Assembly (NCBI GenBank): GCA_963750165.1
Contig: CAVVPN010000004.1
Location: forward strand, 192,001 to 256,000
Source: an uncultured Gemmataceae bacterium
GTDB lineage: Bacteria; Planctomycetota; Planctomycetia; Gemmatales; Gemmataceae
Length of the DNA stretch: 64,000 bases
Direction: 5' to 3'
Under the pieces are notes generated by a model. It had not been told where the DNA came from. It saw nothing but the letters and a program-made list of their open reading frames with translations, and did not search any database. The number at the start of each line of letters is the position of its first letter. The first letter of the stretch is position 1. Both the position numbers and the translations under genes were made by a program. Below are positions 37,980-52,900 of this stretch, one piece after another.

Positions 37980-40900
37980 ATGTCACTGAACATCCGCTTG
38001 CGCCGGAAACCATCTCGGGAGCAAAAGAAGGCCGCGCCGGCGTACCGGCCCCTCCTCGAACGGCTGGAACCCCGCGTGAATCCGTCCCTCTACAACTGGG
38101 TCGGCACGTCCGGTGGCAGTTGGGACACGCTTGCCAACTGGCAAGTCGGCGGAGTTACCCCCGCCGCGCTACCCGGCATCAGCGACGACGTGAACTTTGG
38201 CACGTTCAACGGCACCGTCACGCATGCCACTTCGGCTTCGGACACGGTCAATAGCCTGACCGGCACCCAGGCAACACTCAACCTGTCCGGCGGTTCCCTC
38301 TCCATTGAAAGTACCGCCACCGGATCGACCATCGCTAACTTCATTGAATCGGCCGGCACCCTGGGCGGGACAGGCAGCCTGACCGTCAGCGGGCTGACCA
38401 CCTGGACGGGCGGCACCATGAGCGGCGCCGGGCTGACCAACGCCGACGGCGGCATCACCCTGAGCGGCGGCGGCACCGAGGTGCTCAGCGGCCGCACCCT
38501 GAACAACAACGCCACCGCCAACTGGACCGGCACGAACAACGCCATTTTCATGGCCAGCGGCGCCGTCTGGAACAACAACGCCGGCAGCGCGCTCAACTCC
38601 CAGGCGTCCGGCCAGGCCGTGGAAAACGGCAGCGGCGGCGGCGTCTTCAACAATGCCGGCCTGTTCCAGGTCACGACCGGCAACACCGCCGTCCAGGTCC
38701 CCTTCAACAGCACCGGCGCGGTCAGCCTACTGGCGGGCAGACTCAGCCTGAGCAACGGCGGCACTGATACGGGCAGCTTCAGCGTGGCCAGCGGCAGCAC
38801 CCTCGGCTTCGACGGCGGCACCACCAACCTCAACGCCGGCGCCTCCGTCAGCGGCGCCGGCAGCGGCGAGTTCGGCAGCGGCACCACCACCTTCGCCGCC
38901 GGCAGCACCTACAACATCAGCACCGGCACCACCGTCGATGGCGGCCCCACCGTCAACTTCAACAGCCCGGTCACGAGCGCCGGCAGCGCCCTGGTCATCT
39001 CCGGCGGCACCCTCAACTTCAGCGGCGGCGCCCCCATCACCGTCAGCACCCTGAACCAGTCGGGGGGCACGCTGAGCGGCAGCGACAACGTGACCGTGAC
39101 GGGCTTGCTGACCTGGAGCGGCGGCACCATGAGCGGCACGGGCCTGACCAACGCCAACGGCGGCATCACGCTGAGCGGCGGCGGCACCGAGGTGCTCAGC
39201 GGCCGCACCCTGAACAACAACGCCACGGCCAACTGGACCGGCACGAACAACGCCATTTTCATGGCCAGCGGCGCCGTCTGGAACAACAACGCCGGCAGCG
39301 CGCTCAACTCCCAGGCGTCCGGCCAGGCCGTGGAAAACGGCAGCGGCGGCGGCGTCTTCAACAATGCCGGCCTGTTCCAGGTCACGACCGGCAACACCGC
39401 CGTCCAGGTCCCCTTCAACAGCACCGGCGCGGTCAGCCTACTGGCGGGCAGACTCAGCCTGAGCAACGGCGGCACTGATACGGGCAGCTTCAGCGTGGCC
39501 AGCGGCAGCACCCTCGGCTTCGACGGCGGCACCACCAACCTCAACGCCGGCGCCGCCGTCAGCGGCGCCGGCAGCGGCGAGTTCGGCAGCGGCACCACCA
39601 CCTTCGCCGCCGGCAGCACCTACAACGTCAGCACCAGCACCACCGTCGATGGCGGCCCCACCGTCAACTTCAACAGCCCGGTCACGAGCGCCGGCGGCGC
39701 CCTGGTCATCTCCGGCGGCACCCTCAACTTCAGCGGCGGCGCCCCCATCACGGTCAGCACCCTGAACCAGTCGGGCGGCACCCTGAGCGGCAGCGACAAC
39801 GTGACCGTGACGGGCTTGCTGACCTGGAGCGGCGGCACCATGAGCGGCGCGGGCCTGACCAACGCCGCCGGCGGCATCACCCTGAGCGGCGGCGGCACCG
39901 AGGTGCTCAGCGGCCGCACCCTGAACAACAACGCCACCGCCAACTGGACCGGCACGAACAACGCCATTTTCATGACCAGCGGCGCCGTCTGGAACAACAA
40001 CGCCGGCAGCGCGCTCAACTCCCAGGCGTCCGGCCAGGCCGTGGAAAACGGCAGCGGCGGCGGCGTCTTCAACAATGCCGGCCTGTTCCAGGTCACGACC
40101 GGCAACACCGCCGTCCAGGTCCCCTTCAACAGCACCGGCGCGGTCAGCCTACTGGCGGGCAGACTCAGCCTGAGCAACGGCGGCACTGATACGGGCAGCT
40201 TCAGCGTGGCCAGCGGCAGCACCCTCGGCTTCGACGGCGGCACCACCAACCTCAACGCCGGCGCCTCCGTCAGCGGCGCCGGCAGCGGCGAGTTCGGCAG
40301 CGGCACCACCACCTTCGCCGCCGGCAGCACCTACAACGTCAGCACCAGCACCACCGTCGATGGCGGCCCCACCGTCAACTTCAACAGCCCGGTCACGAGC
40401 GCCGGCAGCGCCCTGGTCATCTCCGGCGGCACCCTCAACTTCAGCGGCGGCGCCCCCATCACGGTCAGCACCCTGAACCAGTCGGGCGGCACCCTGAGCG
40501 GCAGCGACAACGTGACCGTGACGGGCTTGCTGACCTGGAGCGGCGGCACCATGAGCGGCGCGGGCCTGACCAACGCCGACGGCGGCATCACCCTGAGCGG
40601 CGGCGGCACCGAGGTGCTCAGCGGCCGCACCCTGAACAACAACGCCACCGCCAACTGGACCGGCACGAACAACGCCATTTTCATGGCCAGCGGCGCCGTC
40701 TGGAACAACAACGCCGGCAGCGCGCTCAACTCCCAGGCGTCCGGCCAGGCCGTGGAAAACGGCAGCGGCGGCGGCGTCTTCAACAATGCCGGCCTGTTCC
40801 AGGTCACGACCGGCAACACCGCCGTCCAGGTCCCCTTCAACAGCACCGGCGCGGTCAGCCTACTGGCGGGCAGACTCAGCCTGAGCAACGGCGGCACTGA

Positions 40901-43900
40901 TACGGGCAGCTTCAGCGTGGCCAGCGGCAGCACCCTCGGCTTCGACGGCGGCACCACCAACCTCAACGCCGGCGCCTCCGTCAGCGGCGCCGGCAGCGGC
41001 GAGTTCGGCAGCGGCACCACCACCTTCGCCGCCGGCAGCACCTACAACGTCAGCACCAGCACCACCGTCGATGGCGGCCCCACCGTCAACTTCAACAGCC
41101 CGGTCACGAGCGCCGGCAGCGCCCTGGTCATCTCCGGCGGCACCCTCAACTTCAGCGGCGGCGCCCCCATCACCGTCAGCACCCTGAACCAGTCGGGCGG
41201 CACCCTGAGCGGCAGCGACAACGTGACCGTGACGGGCTTGCTGACCTGGAGCGGCGGCACCATGAGCGGCGCGGGCCTGACCAACGCCGACGGCGGCATC
41301 ACGCTGAGCGGCGGCGGCACCGAGGTGCTCAGCGGCCGCACCCTGAACAACAACGCCACCGCCAACTGGACCGGCACGAACAACGCCATTTTCATGGCCA
41401 GCGGCGCCGTCTGGAACAACAACGCCGGCAGCGCGCTCAACTCCCAGGCGTCCGGCCAGGCCGTGGAAAACGGCAGCGGCGGCGGCGTCTTCAACAATGC
41501 CGGCCTGTTCCAGGTCACGACCGGCAACACCGCCGTCCAGGTCCCCTTCAACAGCACCGGCGCGGTCAGCCTACTGGCGGGCAGACTCAGCCTGAGCAAC
41601 GGCGGCACTGATACGGGCAGCTTCAGCGTGGCCAGCGGCAGCACCCTCGGCTTCGACGGCGGCACCACTAACCTCAACGCCGGCGCCGCCGTCAGCGGCG
41701 CCGGCAGCGGCGAGTTCGGCAGCGGCACCACCACCTTCGCCGCCGGCAGCACCTACAACGTCAGCACCGGCACCACCGTCGATGGCGGCCCCACCGTCAA
41801 CTTCAACAGCCCGGTCACGAGCGCCGGCAGCGCCCTGGTCATCTCCGGCGGCACCCTCAACTTCAGCGGCGGCGCCCCCATCACCGTCAGCACCCTGAAC
41901 CAGTCGGGCGGCACCCTGAGCGGCAGCGACAACGTGACCGTGACGGGCTTGCTGACCTGGAGCGGCGGCACCATGAGCGGCACGGGCCTGACCAACGCCG
42001 ACGGCGGCATCACGCTGAGCGGCGGCGGCACCGAGGTGCTCAGCGGCCGCACCCTGAACAACAACGCCACCGCCAACTGGACCGGCACGAACAACGCCAT
42101 TTTCATGGCCAGCGGCGCCGTCTGGAACAACAACGCCGGCAGCGCGCTCAACTCTCAGGCGTCCGGCCAGGCCGTGGAAAACGGCAGCGGCGGCGGCGTC
42201 TTCAACAACGCCGGCCTGTTCCAGGTGGCGGCCAGCGCCGGCACCACCACGGTGCAGATCCCCTTCAATGACACCGGCAGTATCCAGGTCAATTCGGGCA
42301 CCCTCAACCTGACCAACGGCTCCGTCAATACCAACGGCAACAATATCCTCGCCACTCAGGCGGCCACCACGCTGGCCCTGACCGGCAACCTTCTCGGCAC
42401 CACCACGGTTCAGAGCAACTTCGGCCCCTTTGGTACGGTCCTGCTTGACGGCGCTGGCACGGCGTCCGCTCCCCAGCAGCTCGAGGCCATGAGCAACGAC
42501 CTTGGTCCGGTCGCTGCCGGGTTCATCGACAATTTCGCCTACGGCAAGCTCTCCCTTGCAGCCAGCACGAATGTCAAGTTGGTGGACACCGTCCCCAATT
42601 CGTCGGGTAGTGGGCCGGAAGCCGTCTACGTCAATACCCTCGTCGTGCCCTCGGGCACCACCCTCAATCTCAACGGCTTGCACCTGTACACACGGGCGGA
42701 CCTGATCAATGGCACCGTCACCGGCGGCACCATCAGCCTGGTCGCCGGGGGCGGGCCGCTCGCGTTTAACGTCCCCACGCCGGGAGATTTGACCAGCAGT
42801 GCCCAGCAGGACGACTGGACCTTCACCGACCAGGCCGGTCAAAGCGTTAACGTGACTGTGGCCACGGGCAGCGGCAGTACGCCGGCGCCGCTCAGTCCCG
42901 CCGTTGGCCTGGTCACGGTCAGCCTGGTCGATAGCAACAACAACGTGGTGGCCACGACCACAAACACCCAGAGCGGCAACCCGGCTCAGCTCAGCGCGAC
43001 GCTGCCCAGCACCGGCACGTACCACCTCCTGGTCCACAGCAGCGGCAGCAATACCGGCTATTACCTCGTCACGCTGTCGCCCCTGTTCGCCACCCAGGCG
43101 ACGCCCACCGTGGCGGTGAGTGCTAGCGGCGGCAGGTACAACGGTCTACCGTGGGCGGCGACGGCAACTGTGGCCGGCATCGATGGCGTCTTCACCAGCA
43201 GCCTGGAAGGCGTGACGCCGACGCTGCTCTACTACGTTGGTCCCACGGCCAGCGGCGCCGGTGTCGCCAGCGCCCGAGCCAAGCCGGAACCTATACGGTG
43301 GTGGCTTCCTTCGCCGGCAGCACCGACTACACCAGCGCCACCAACTCGGCCACCTTTACCATCGCGCCAGCGACGCCGGCCGTGACAGTCACCGATGCGG
43401 GCGGTATCTACACGGGCAACCCCTTCCCGGCCACGGCGACGGTAGCAGGCATCGACGATGTCGCCAGAAGCAGCCTGGAAGGCGTGACGCCAACGCTAAC
43501 CTATTATGTTGGCCCAATGGCCAGCGGCAGCGGCGTGCCTACGGCGCCTACGAACGTCGGCACCTACACCGTGCTGGCTACCTTCGCCGGCAGCACCGAC
43601 TACACCAGCGCCAGCAATTCCGCCACCTTCAACATCACGGCGTCGAACCTGCCCGAATTGCAGGTGATCAACCTGTCCGTGAACCCGCCCTCACTGGTAT
43701 CGGGCGGCCCGGTGACCATTACCTGGGACGATCTGAATAGCGGCGGCGATCTCACCCAGTCGTTTAACGACCACGTCACGGTGTTGAATACGAGTACCGG
43801 CCAGACCCTGGTCGATACCAACGTCTTCTACAACGCGACGCTGCCGGGAGCCATCATCCCAGGCGGCCAGAGTTCGGCGCAGCGTTCCTACTCCTTGACG

Positions 43901-46900
43901 CTGCCCGACGGTGATGCGGGCGCCGGCTCGCTCCAGGTGACCGTGACCACCGACTACAACAATTTGTTTCTGCCTCCGCCCAGCGGCCATACCACCACCG
44001 TTTCCACCGTTTCTAACCTGGCGAATTACCCCGATCTTCAGGTGACGAACTTGCAGGTGCCGGCCGCGCCGCAATCAGGCAGCGCGGTCACCGTGACCTG
44101 GACCGACGCCAACACGGGGCGCGGCGCCGCGACCACGGCCTTCTACGACCATATCCAGGTTCTGCTCGTGAACGGCACGACTTCCCAGACGCTGGTCAAT
44201 AGCGATGTCTTGTATGACGCCACACAACCGGGCAACGCCATCCCCGCCGGCGGCAATTCGGTGCAGCGCCAGTTCACGTTCAACCTCGCTGACGGCGATG
44301 CCGGCACGGGCACCCTGCAAGTGACCGTGTCCACCGATGTGCATCAAAACCTGTACGAGTACAACTACGGAACGATTCCAGGGGGACACGCGGTTGCCCT
44401 CGCTGAGCCCGGCAAGACGGCCACGGCTGCCGCGACGGCCACCCTGGCCAACTATGCCTTCTTGCAGGTCGCCAACCTGACGATAAGCCCGACCACGACC
44501 CGAACCAGCAGCCCAGTGACAGTCACCTGGAACGATGTTAATAACGGCCGCGCCGGTGTCACTCAGTCGTTCACCGATCAGGTCACGGTCTACAATCAGA
44601 CAACCATGCAGACGTTGCTCAGTGCCGACGTGCCATACAACGTCGCGATCGCCGTGGGCGGCAGCTCGGGCCAACGGAGTTACACGTTCAATGTTCCCGA
44701 CGGCGCTGCCGGCGTCGGCTCCCTGCTGGTCACGGTGACGGCGAACGCGACGGGCAGCATCTATGTGTACGACTACGTCTCGGTCCCCGGCGGCCACGCG
44801 CTGGCCCTGCAAAACGACTCAGCGTCCAGCACAGTGACCGCCACGCTGGCGAACTATCCTTACCTCCAGGTGGCCAACCTGGCCATCACCCCAGCCAACG
44901 CGGCCGCAGGTCTGATTTCCGGTGCCACCGTCAATCTCAGCTGGGACGATCAGAACACCGGTGCGGGCGACACCACCGACAACGGCAGCCGCAGTGGCGC
45001 CTTCCACGACTATGTTCAGGTGCAGCAGGTGGACGGCTCGGGCCACGTGCTGGCGACGCTCGCAACCGCCATCCTGTCCAGCCCTGTCATCGCCGCCGGC
45101 GGCTCAGACCACCAGACCTACTCGTTCCAGCTTCCCCCGGGTGCGGCCGGTGCCGGCAATCTCGCCATCTCGGTCACGACGGATGATTTCAACGAAATCT
45201 ACAAGCGCAGCGCCGGCGGCGCTGTCGAGACCAGCAACACGGCGACCCTGACGGCGACTTCGGGCCCGGCTCCCTATCCGGACCTCCAGGTCACCAACCT
45301 GGCCGTCACACCGGCCAGCGGCCTGCAATCGGGCGGCAATCTCGTCTTGACCTGGAACGACAGCAACACCGGGAATGGTGCCACGACCGGGGCATTCAAC
45401 GACCATGTAGTCATCGTGAACAGCACGACTAATCAAACCCTTACGACGGCCGACATCTTCTATGACCCGACGGTGGCCGGCAATGGGCCCATCGCGGCCG
45501 GCACTTCCCGGACGCGGCAATTCGCCTACGCGCTCCCGCAAGGTACGGCCGGCGTCGGCAGCCTCCAGTTCACCGTGACGACGAATTACTACGGTCAGGT
45601 TTTTGAGTCCAACACGTTGGGGCCAAACGGCACCAGCACAGCCTTCATCAACAACGCGGCCACGATTACCGCCAGCGCCACGCTGGCGCCTTACGCCGAC
45701 CTGGCTACATCCAATGTGACGGCGCCGTCGCTCACCGTGGGCGACCCGGCCCAGGTCACGATCGGCTGGACGGTAACCAATGTGGGTACCGGGCCTGGCA
45801 CGACATCGAGCTGGGTTGATTCCATCATTGTCTCTGCAGACAGCGACCCAACACACGGCACAGTGATTGCGCAGTATCCGCACGCGGGCCTGCTCGCGGT
45901 CGGCGGCTCATACACGCAGAGCGAAACCTTCCTGTTGCCACCCGGCTATACCACGCACTCGCACCTGTTCGTCGAAGCTGACGGCGACGACCAGGTGTTC
46001 GAGAACGGCAGCAAGGCCAATAATTACGGCGCGGCGCCTAACTTCTTTGACATCACGCCCATTCCCTACGCCGACCTGGTGGTCGGCAACATCAGCTCGG
46101 ACGCCACGGCCAGCAGTGGCGCATCCCTTAACATTAGCTGGACCGTCACCAACCAGTCCCCAAACGCCATCGGCACCACCAACATCGGCCAATGGAGCGA
46201 CACGGTCTCCCTGGCCAGCGACCCGGCCGGGCAGCATATCGTCGCCAACCTTGGACAATTCGATCACATCGGTTATCTCGCCGTCGGCGGCAGTTACACC
46301 CGATCGGTGGAAGCCGAGTTGCCCAACGGTTTGCAGGGCACCTTCTACCCCGTGGTCACCACGAGCGGCCCCTACCAGTTCATCTACACCGCCAACGATA
46401 CCGCCGTGGCCGCCAGCCCGGTGGTCGTGTCGCTAAGCCCCTGGCCCGATTTGACGCCGACACAGGTTGGGGCAACGACCCCGGGCTCGACCGCAGCGTT
46501 GACCACAGCCGTCGCAGGCAGCAAGATCGACGTGACCTGGACCGTGCAAAACATCGGTCAGGGCAACGCCAACCCGCCCTGGTACGATTCCTTGAGTCTG
46601 CAAGAAGTGGGCGGCACTCGAACCTTCGCGCTGGGCGTGTTCGAGTACGACACGCCGCTTCAGGCCGGCACGTCCTACACGCACACCGAGCAGGTGCAGC
46701 TACCCAGCGATGTCACCGGCGTCTTCCAGGTGGTGGTGCAAACCAATTCCGGCACGCAGTACGTGGCACCCATTTTCGAAAATGGCGCCACCGCCAACAA
46801 CATCCTTGGCAGCACCAGTACGCTCACGCTCGCCCTGGCCCCGAACCCCAATCTCCAGGTCTTTTCCATCGACAGCGCACCCACCACCGTCAACGCCGGC

Positions 46901-49900
46901 GGCACGGTCGGCGTGGCGTTCACGGTCATCAATCAGGGCACGGTGGAAGCAGCCGGCCAGTGGCAGGACAGCGTTTTTATCTCCTACAGGAACACGCTTG
47001 ACAGCAGCGCCATCCTGCTCGGATCGTTCGGCAATGGCTCGGCCCTGGGGCCCGGCGAGGAGTACCAGACGGTTACCAATGACATGCTCGTCCCCGACAG
47101 CCTGGCCGGATCGGCGTACCTGATCGTCGAGACCGACTCCAACGGCGCCATCGACAATTTCCCCGCCGTCCATGCCAACACGCTGGTCAAGCCGATCTTC
47201 ATCAACGCCCAACCGCCGGCCGATCTGGTCACCAGTAACGTCGCCGCCTCAGACCAGGCGTTCGATGGCAGCACCGTCACGGTAACGTACACGGTCACGA
47301 ACCTCGGACTGGGGCCTACCAATGTCTCCAGCTGGGACGACACCATCTGGCTGACAACCGACAAAACGCGGCCCAACACGAGCAAGGGGGATTACCTCCT
47401 GGCCACGCTGCCGCACACGGGCATCCTGGGCAACGATTCGACGGTTATCTCGCCGCCCACCAGTTACACGGTCACCACCACGGTAACCTTGCCGCAGCAC
47501 ATCTCGGGGCAATACTACATCACGCCGTGGGCCGACTCGTTCGATGTCGTCCTCAAGAGCACCCAGGACGCCAACGTCAATCCCGACGATCCGGCGCAGC
47601 TCAATAGCGACAACTACAAGGCCCGGCCGATCACGGTGCTCCTGACTCCACCACCCGACCTGGTTGTGACCAAGGTGTCGCCGCCGCCCACGGGAGTCGG
47701 CGGCAGCAACTTCACTGTCGGCTGGACGGTCAAGAACCAGGGGACCAGTGCCACCCAGGACGCGACCCTGTTCGATCAGGTGTACCTGTCGAACAACACT
47801 GTGCTGAACGCTCCGGGGGCCACCCAATGGTTCCTGGGTACGGTCGAGCACGACGGCACCGTGCCGGCTGGCGGCACATACACGGCGCAAGCCACCTTTG
47901 CGCTTTCTCCCGAGGTGACGGGTACCTATGTCATTGTGGTCAGCAACACGGGCGGTACCGACGCCAGCGGAAACTCGCACCCACCCACCTGGGAGGGGCC
48001 CTATACCAACAACAACACCAATGCGGGCGCCACCTTCGTCGCGCCGCTGGCGCCGGCCGATTTGCAGATAACATCGGTCCAGACACAGCCCGTGAACTAC
48101 TCGGGCGAACGAACAACCGTGAGCTGGACGGTCACGAACATCGGCGCCACGGCCTGGTCGGGCACGCGTTACTGGACCGACTCCGTCTACTTCTCCCAGT
48201 ATCCCACCCTGAATACCTTCCGCGATGCGCGTGTCGGACAGTTCGCCTACAGCAACAGCCAGCCGCTCGCGGCCGGGGCGAGCTACACCGAGACCGCGAC
48301 CTTTACCCTTCCCGCCGGCATCGGCGGGACGGCGGCCAATCCACTTACCTACTATGTCTACGTCATTGACGATGCGGGCGGCGCAGCGAGCGCGTATGGT
48401 GTCACTTCACCGCCGGCCACTCGTAGCAATGACTACAGCCGCGGCTACTTCGGGGACAACGGCTACGAGGACGCCCCGAATCATCAAAGCAGCGCCACAC
48501 TTCCGGTGATTTATCGCGAGGCCGATCTGGTCGTGAGCAATGTGGTGCTGCCGACCACGTCGGTTTACTCCAGCGAGACGATTCCGATTTCCTTCACGGT
48601 CACCAACATCGGCAGCCGTGACACGCGTACCTCATACTGGACCGACGGCGTCTATCTCTCCACCGACCCGTCGCTCGGCGACGACGATACGGAGCTGGGC
48701 GCGCTTGCCCACACTACTGTCCTGGCGGCGGGGAGTTCGTATACGGTCACGATGAATGTCCGGCTGCCTGACGGCGTTGGCGGCAACTACTACATCCTGG
48801 TGTTCACGGATGCCAACGTGGCGGGTATCATCGACGTGCCCGGTATCACTGGCAACGGCTCGGGCCAGTCAGGCCGCGTGCCGGAATTCCAGGGGGAAGG
48901 CAACAACATCACCGCCGAGCCCCTGGCGATTATCCTCAACCCGCTGCCGGACCTGCGGGTCGCCGCGATGGCCGTCGCCGGTCCCGACCCGATGCAGCCG
49001 GATCACGTGTTCACCGGCCAAACCTTTACTGTGAACTGGACGGTCACCAATTTCGGCGGCGGCACTCCCGGCGACGAATCCAACTGGGACGACCAGGTCT
49101 GGCTGTCGCGCGATCAGATCCTCGACAGCAGCGACTTTTATATCGGCACCATTACTCATTCCGGCGGCCTGGGCGCGGGGGCATCCTACTCGGAGACCGA
49201 TACGTTCCATGCCTCCCAGGGCTTCACGGGGCCGTGGTATGTTATCGTCACCACGAATCGGCCCTCTCCGTTTCCACCTCCTGACAACCAGGTCTACGAG
49301 GGGGATGAACCCCTCTTCGACAACACCACGGTCAGTACCGTGCCGCTCCTGATCGACCAACCGCCCCCCTCGGACCTCACGGTCACGACAATTGCCGTTC
49401 CCGACTCAGCCCAGTCCGGGCAGTCCGTCACAGTCTCGTGGACGGTTGAGAACATCGGTGTCAACACCGCGATGGGAACGTGGACCGACGCCGCCTATCT
49501 GTCGCCGACACCCACCTGGAGTTACACCGACCCGGTCATCGGCCGCTTCGCTTTCAGCGGCACCTTGCAGCCCGGGGACTCCTACACTTCCACGCTCGCT
49601 GCCACGTTCCCTCTCGCCACCCCCGGCACCTACTGGGTCATTGTGCGCACCGACATCTTTGACAACGTGTTCGAATCGAACAAGCAGAACAACACGACGA
49701 CATCGCCCAGTACGCTGAGCGTGACCGTTCCCGCCCTGCAACTGGGCGTGCCGCAGAGTGCCACACTCAGCAGCGGCGAGCAACAGCTGTATCAGGTCAC
49801 CGTGCCCGAGGGGGACACCCTGCGCGTGGACCTCACCTCGTCCAGTTCCAAAGCGTCCAACGAGCTGTACCTTCGCTACAACGCCCTGCCGACCACCTCG

Positions 49901-52900
49901 ACCTACGACGCGGCCTACCAGGGTGCCTTGCAAGCGAATCAGTTCGCGGTCATCCCCTCGACCACCGCCGGGACTTATTACGTATTGGTCGATGGCCAAT
50001 CGGAACCGAATAACGCCACGCCTGTGACCATTACCGCGAGCGTGCTGCCGTTCGAGATCACCAGCGTCACCCCGGACGAGGGGGGCGACGCCGCTTACGT
50101 CACCACCACCATCATGGGGGCGCAGTTCGATCCGCAAGCCATCGTCAAGCTGGTGCGGCCGGGCATCGCGGAATATGAGCCGGTCAGCTACCAGGTCATG
50201 AGCAAGACCGAGATCATCGCCATCTTTGACCTGACCAGTGCGCCGCACGGCCTGTACGACGTGGAAGTCATCAATCCCGATGGAGCGATGGCGCTGGCGC
50301 CGTACACGTATCTGGTGGATCAGGCCCTGCCGCCGGACGTCAGCGTTGCGCTGGGCGGTCCGCGCGTGGTCTGGGCGGGGCAAAGCGGCCTGTACGGCTT
50401 CGCGCTCACCAATCCAACCAATGTCAATATCCCCTACGTCGAATTCCAGTACGGCGTTCCCAACCTGCCCCTCAATGCCCAGGACGGCAATGTGCCCTAT
50501 CTCGCCTTGACCACAGCACCGGAAGGTAGCCCGAATGTGGCCGGCGTGCCCTGGGCTTCGGTGAATCCCGTCGCCGAAAGCGCGGGCGAAGATCTGGCCA
50601 CGGGCTATGCTGTCGATTTCGCCGACCAGTCCAATACTACTCTCGGTTTTGAAGTGCAGACTTACCCCAACGGCGTGGGCGGCGGGCCGGGCAACCCGCC
50701 CAATGAAACGGCCTTCGCTTTCAACATCGCCGGGTCGGCGACGGCGCTGACCGCGCAGGAGTTCATTGCCCAGCAGGAACAGCTGGCCGCCACGCTGCGC
50801 ACCAACATCCTCAATGACCCGTCGGCGCCGTCGGCCTTGCAGACGCTGGCGGCCGACCCGAACAACTGGACCGACCTGTACCTCGCCGCGCTGACGCAAG
50901 CCGGCATCCTGCAAGCGGTGGACACGCCGCCGCAGGTGACGCAAAATCCCATCCTCATCAGCCTCCAGACCACGCTGGCGGCCGGCATCCTCGCCGGGCC
51001 CTCCGGACAGCAGATCATCAGCAACGGCAACTTGATGTCGTTCTTCAACCAGGTCGAACAGTGGTACGGTTCCAATCCCAACCAGTATTCACCGTACATC
51101 GGCACCGGCGACGACACCACCACCCCCGATGGCGGCGGCGTTTACCTCCAGGCCAACCCACCGCCCGCCAGCGACTTCAACCTCAATGCAACCTCGCCCA
51201 CGCACTATGAGGGCTTCTACGTTTACGTCCCCTACAGCAACGACTGGGACCTGGACACGGCGGATGACGGCATCCCGGACATCAACACGACCAATCCGCA
51301 AAACCCGAGTTTCATCAACGTCGCCGCCCCGAATTTTGCCCCGTTCTTCGTGCATCCCGGCAACACAGGGCAAGCGACGATCACGGGGCCCCTGGCCTAT
51401 GGCAGCCAGCAATTCGTGCCGGTGAGCCAGAATCTGCCGTTCACGATCCAGTTCGCCAATTCGCCGGGCGCCACGTCCACGCCAGGGCAGGTCCAGATCG
51501 TCAGCCAGCTCGACCCGAACCTCAACCCGGAATCCTTCCGCCTGGGCAGCATTCAGCTGGGCAACATCAGCGTGCAGATCCCCGGCGGCGTTGGTTCGTT
51601 TCAGGGGGATTTCGACCTGACCCAGAGCAAGGGGTTCATCCTGCGCGTCAGCGCCGGCATCGACATTCAGTCCGACACCATCACCTGGCTGCTCCAGGCC
51701 ATTGATCCGCTGACCGGCGAAGTAATCACCAACCCCAACCTGGGCCTGTTGCCGCCCGACAACGCCCAGGGCGCCGGCGAGGGCTTCGTAACCTATACCG
51801 CCCAGGTCATGCCCGGAACGGCCACGGGTACGCAGATCAGTGCCCAGGCACGCGTGATATTCAACACCAGCGCCCCTCTCGATACGCCCACCATCACGTA
51901 CACAGTGGATGGCACAGCGCCAACCACCACGCTCACCGCCACGCCGATAACTTCGGGCGGGTCCGACTACACGGTGCAGTGGAACGCCGTGGATGACCCG
52001 GCCGGCTCGGGCGTCAAGAGCACCACCGTCTACGTCTCCGAAGACGGCGGCGATTATCAGGTCTGGCTCGATCAAACCACCCAGACCTCCGCCATCTACA
52101 ACGGCCAGCCCGGCCACACCTACCAGTTCCTGGCGCTGTCCATTGACAACGCCGGCAATGAGGAACAGCCCCCCGTGGGGACGGACGTCCCGAGCAGCGA
52201 CGCCCAGGTGAACCTGGGGAGTTTGCCGACGGTGTCCGGCACCACCCAGGATTTCGGCACGCCACCGCCGCCCTCCGCGCAACCTTCGACCAACCCGCTC
52301 TTCACGCAGGCGGAGGCGGGAATACCCGCGCCGGCATCGGCCACCCATCCGTCGGAGTTCACCAGCGTTTTGGAGCCGTTCGCCGGCCAGTCGTTCGCCA
52401 CCGGCCTGGGTCAGAGTCAGCCGACCATTGGTCCCCTGGCTATCCTGCCCCTGCCGGGCGGCTCGGTGCTGATTAGCGGCGGCCCGGCGCACAACGAACT
52501 GTTCCTCTTCAATGCTGGCGGCGGCCAGGCGGGCACTCCCGTGGCCACGCTCCCCGAACCGATCTACGACATGGCCCTGGACGCTCAGGGCAATATCTGG
52601 GCCACCACCGGCGGCGGCCCGCTCTACGAGCTGGACCCCAGCACCTTCGCCATCCTGGGACAGTGGGGCGACAGCCTGACGCAAAGCCTGGCCATCCAGC
52701 CGAGCACGGGCTTGATCTACGTTTCCTCCGGCAAGGGCATCGAGATCTTCAACCCGGCCACGGATACCTTCAGCCATTTCAGCGACATCCGCGTGGGCAG
52801 CCTGGCCTTCGACAACCAGGGAAACCTCTGGGCCTCCACCTGGCCCGACGATCAGAACCAGCTCATCGAGTTCACCGGCACGCCGATCGCGCCCAGGCTC

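Noticed and set aside
38090..41752. Five repeated ~236-aa minus-strand ORFs resembling a paralogue array
   Set aside because: They are the antisense reading of the 711-bp coding repeat.
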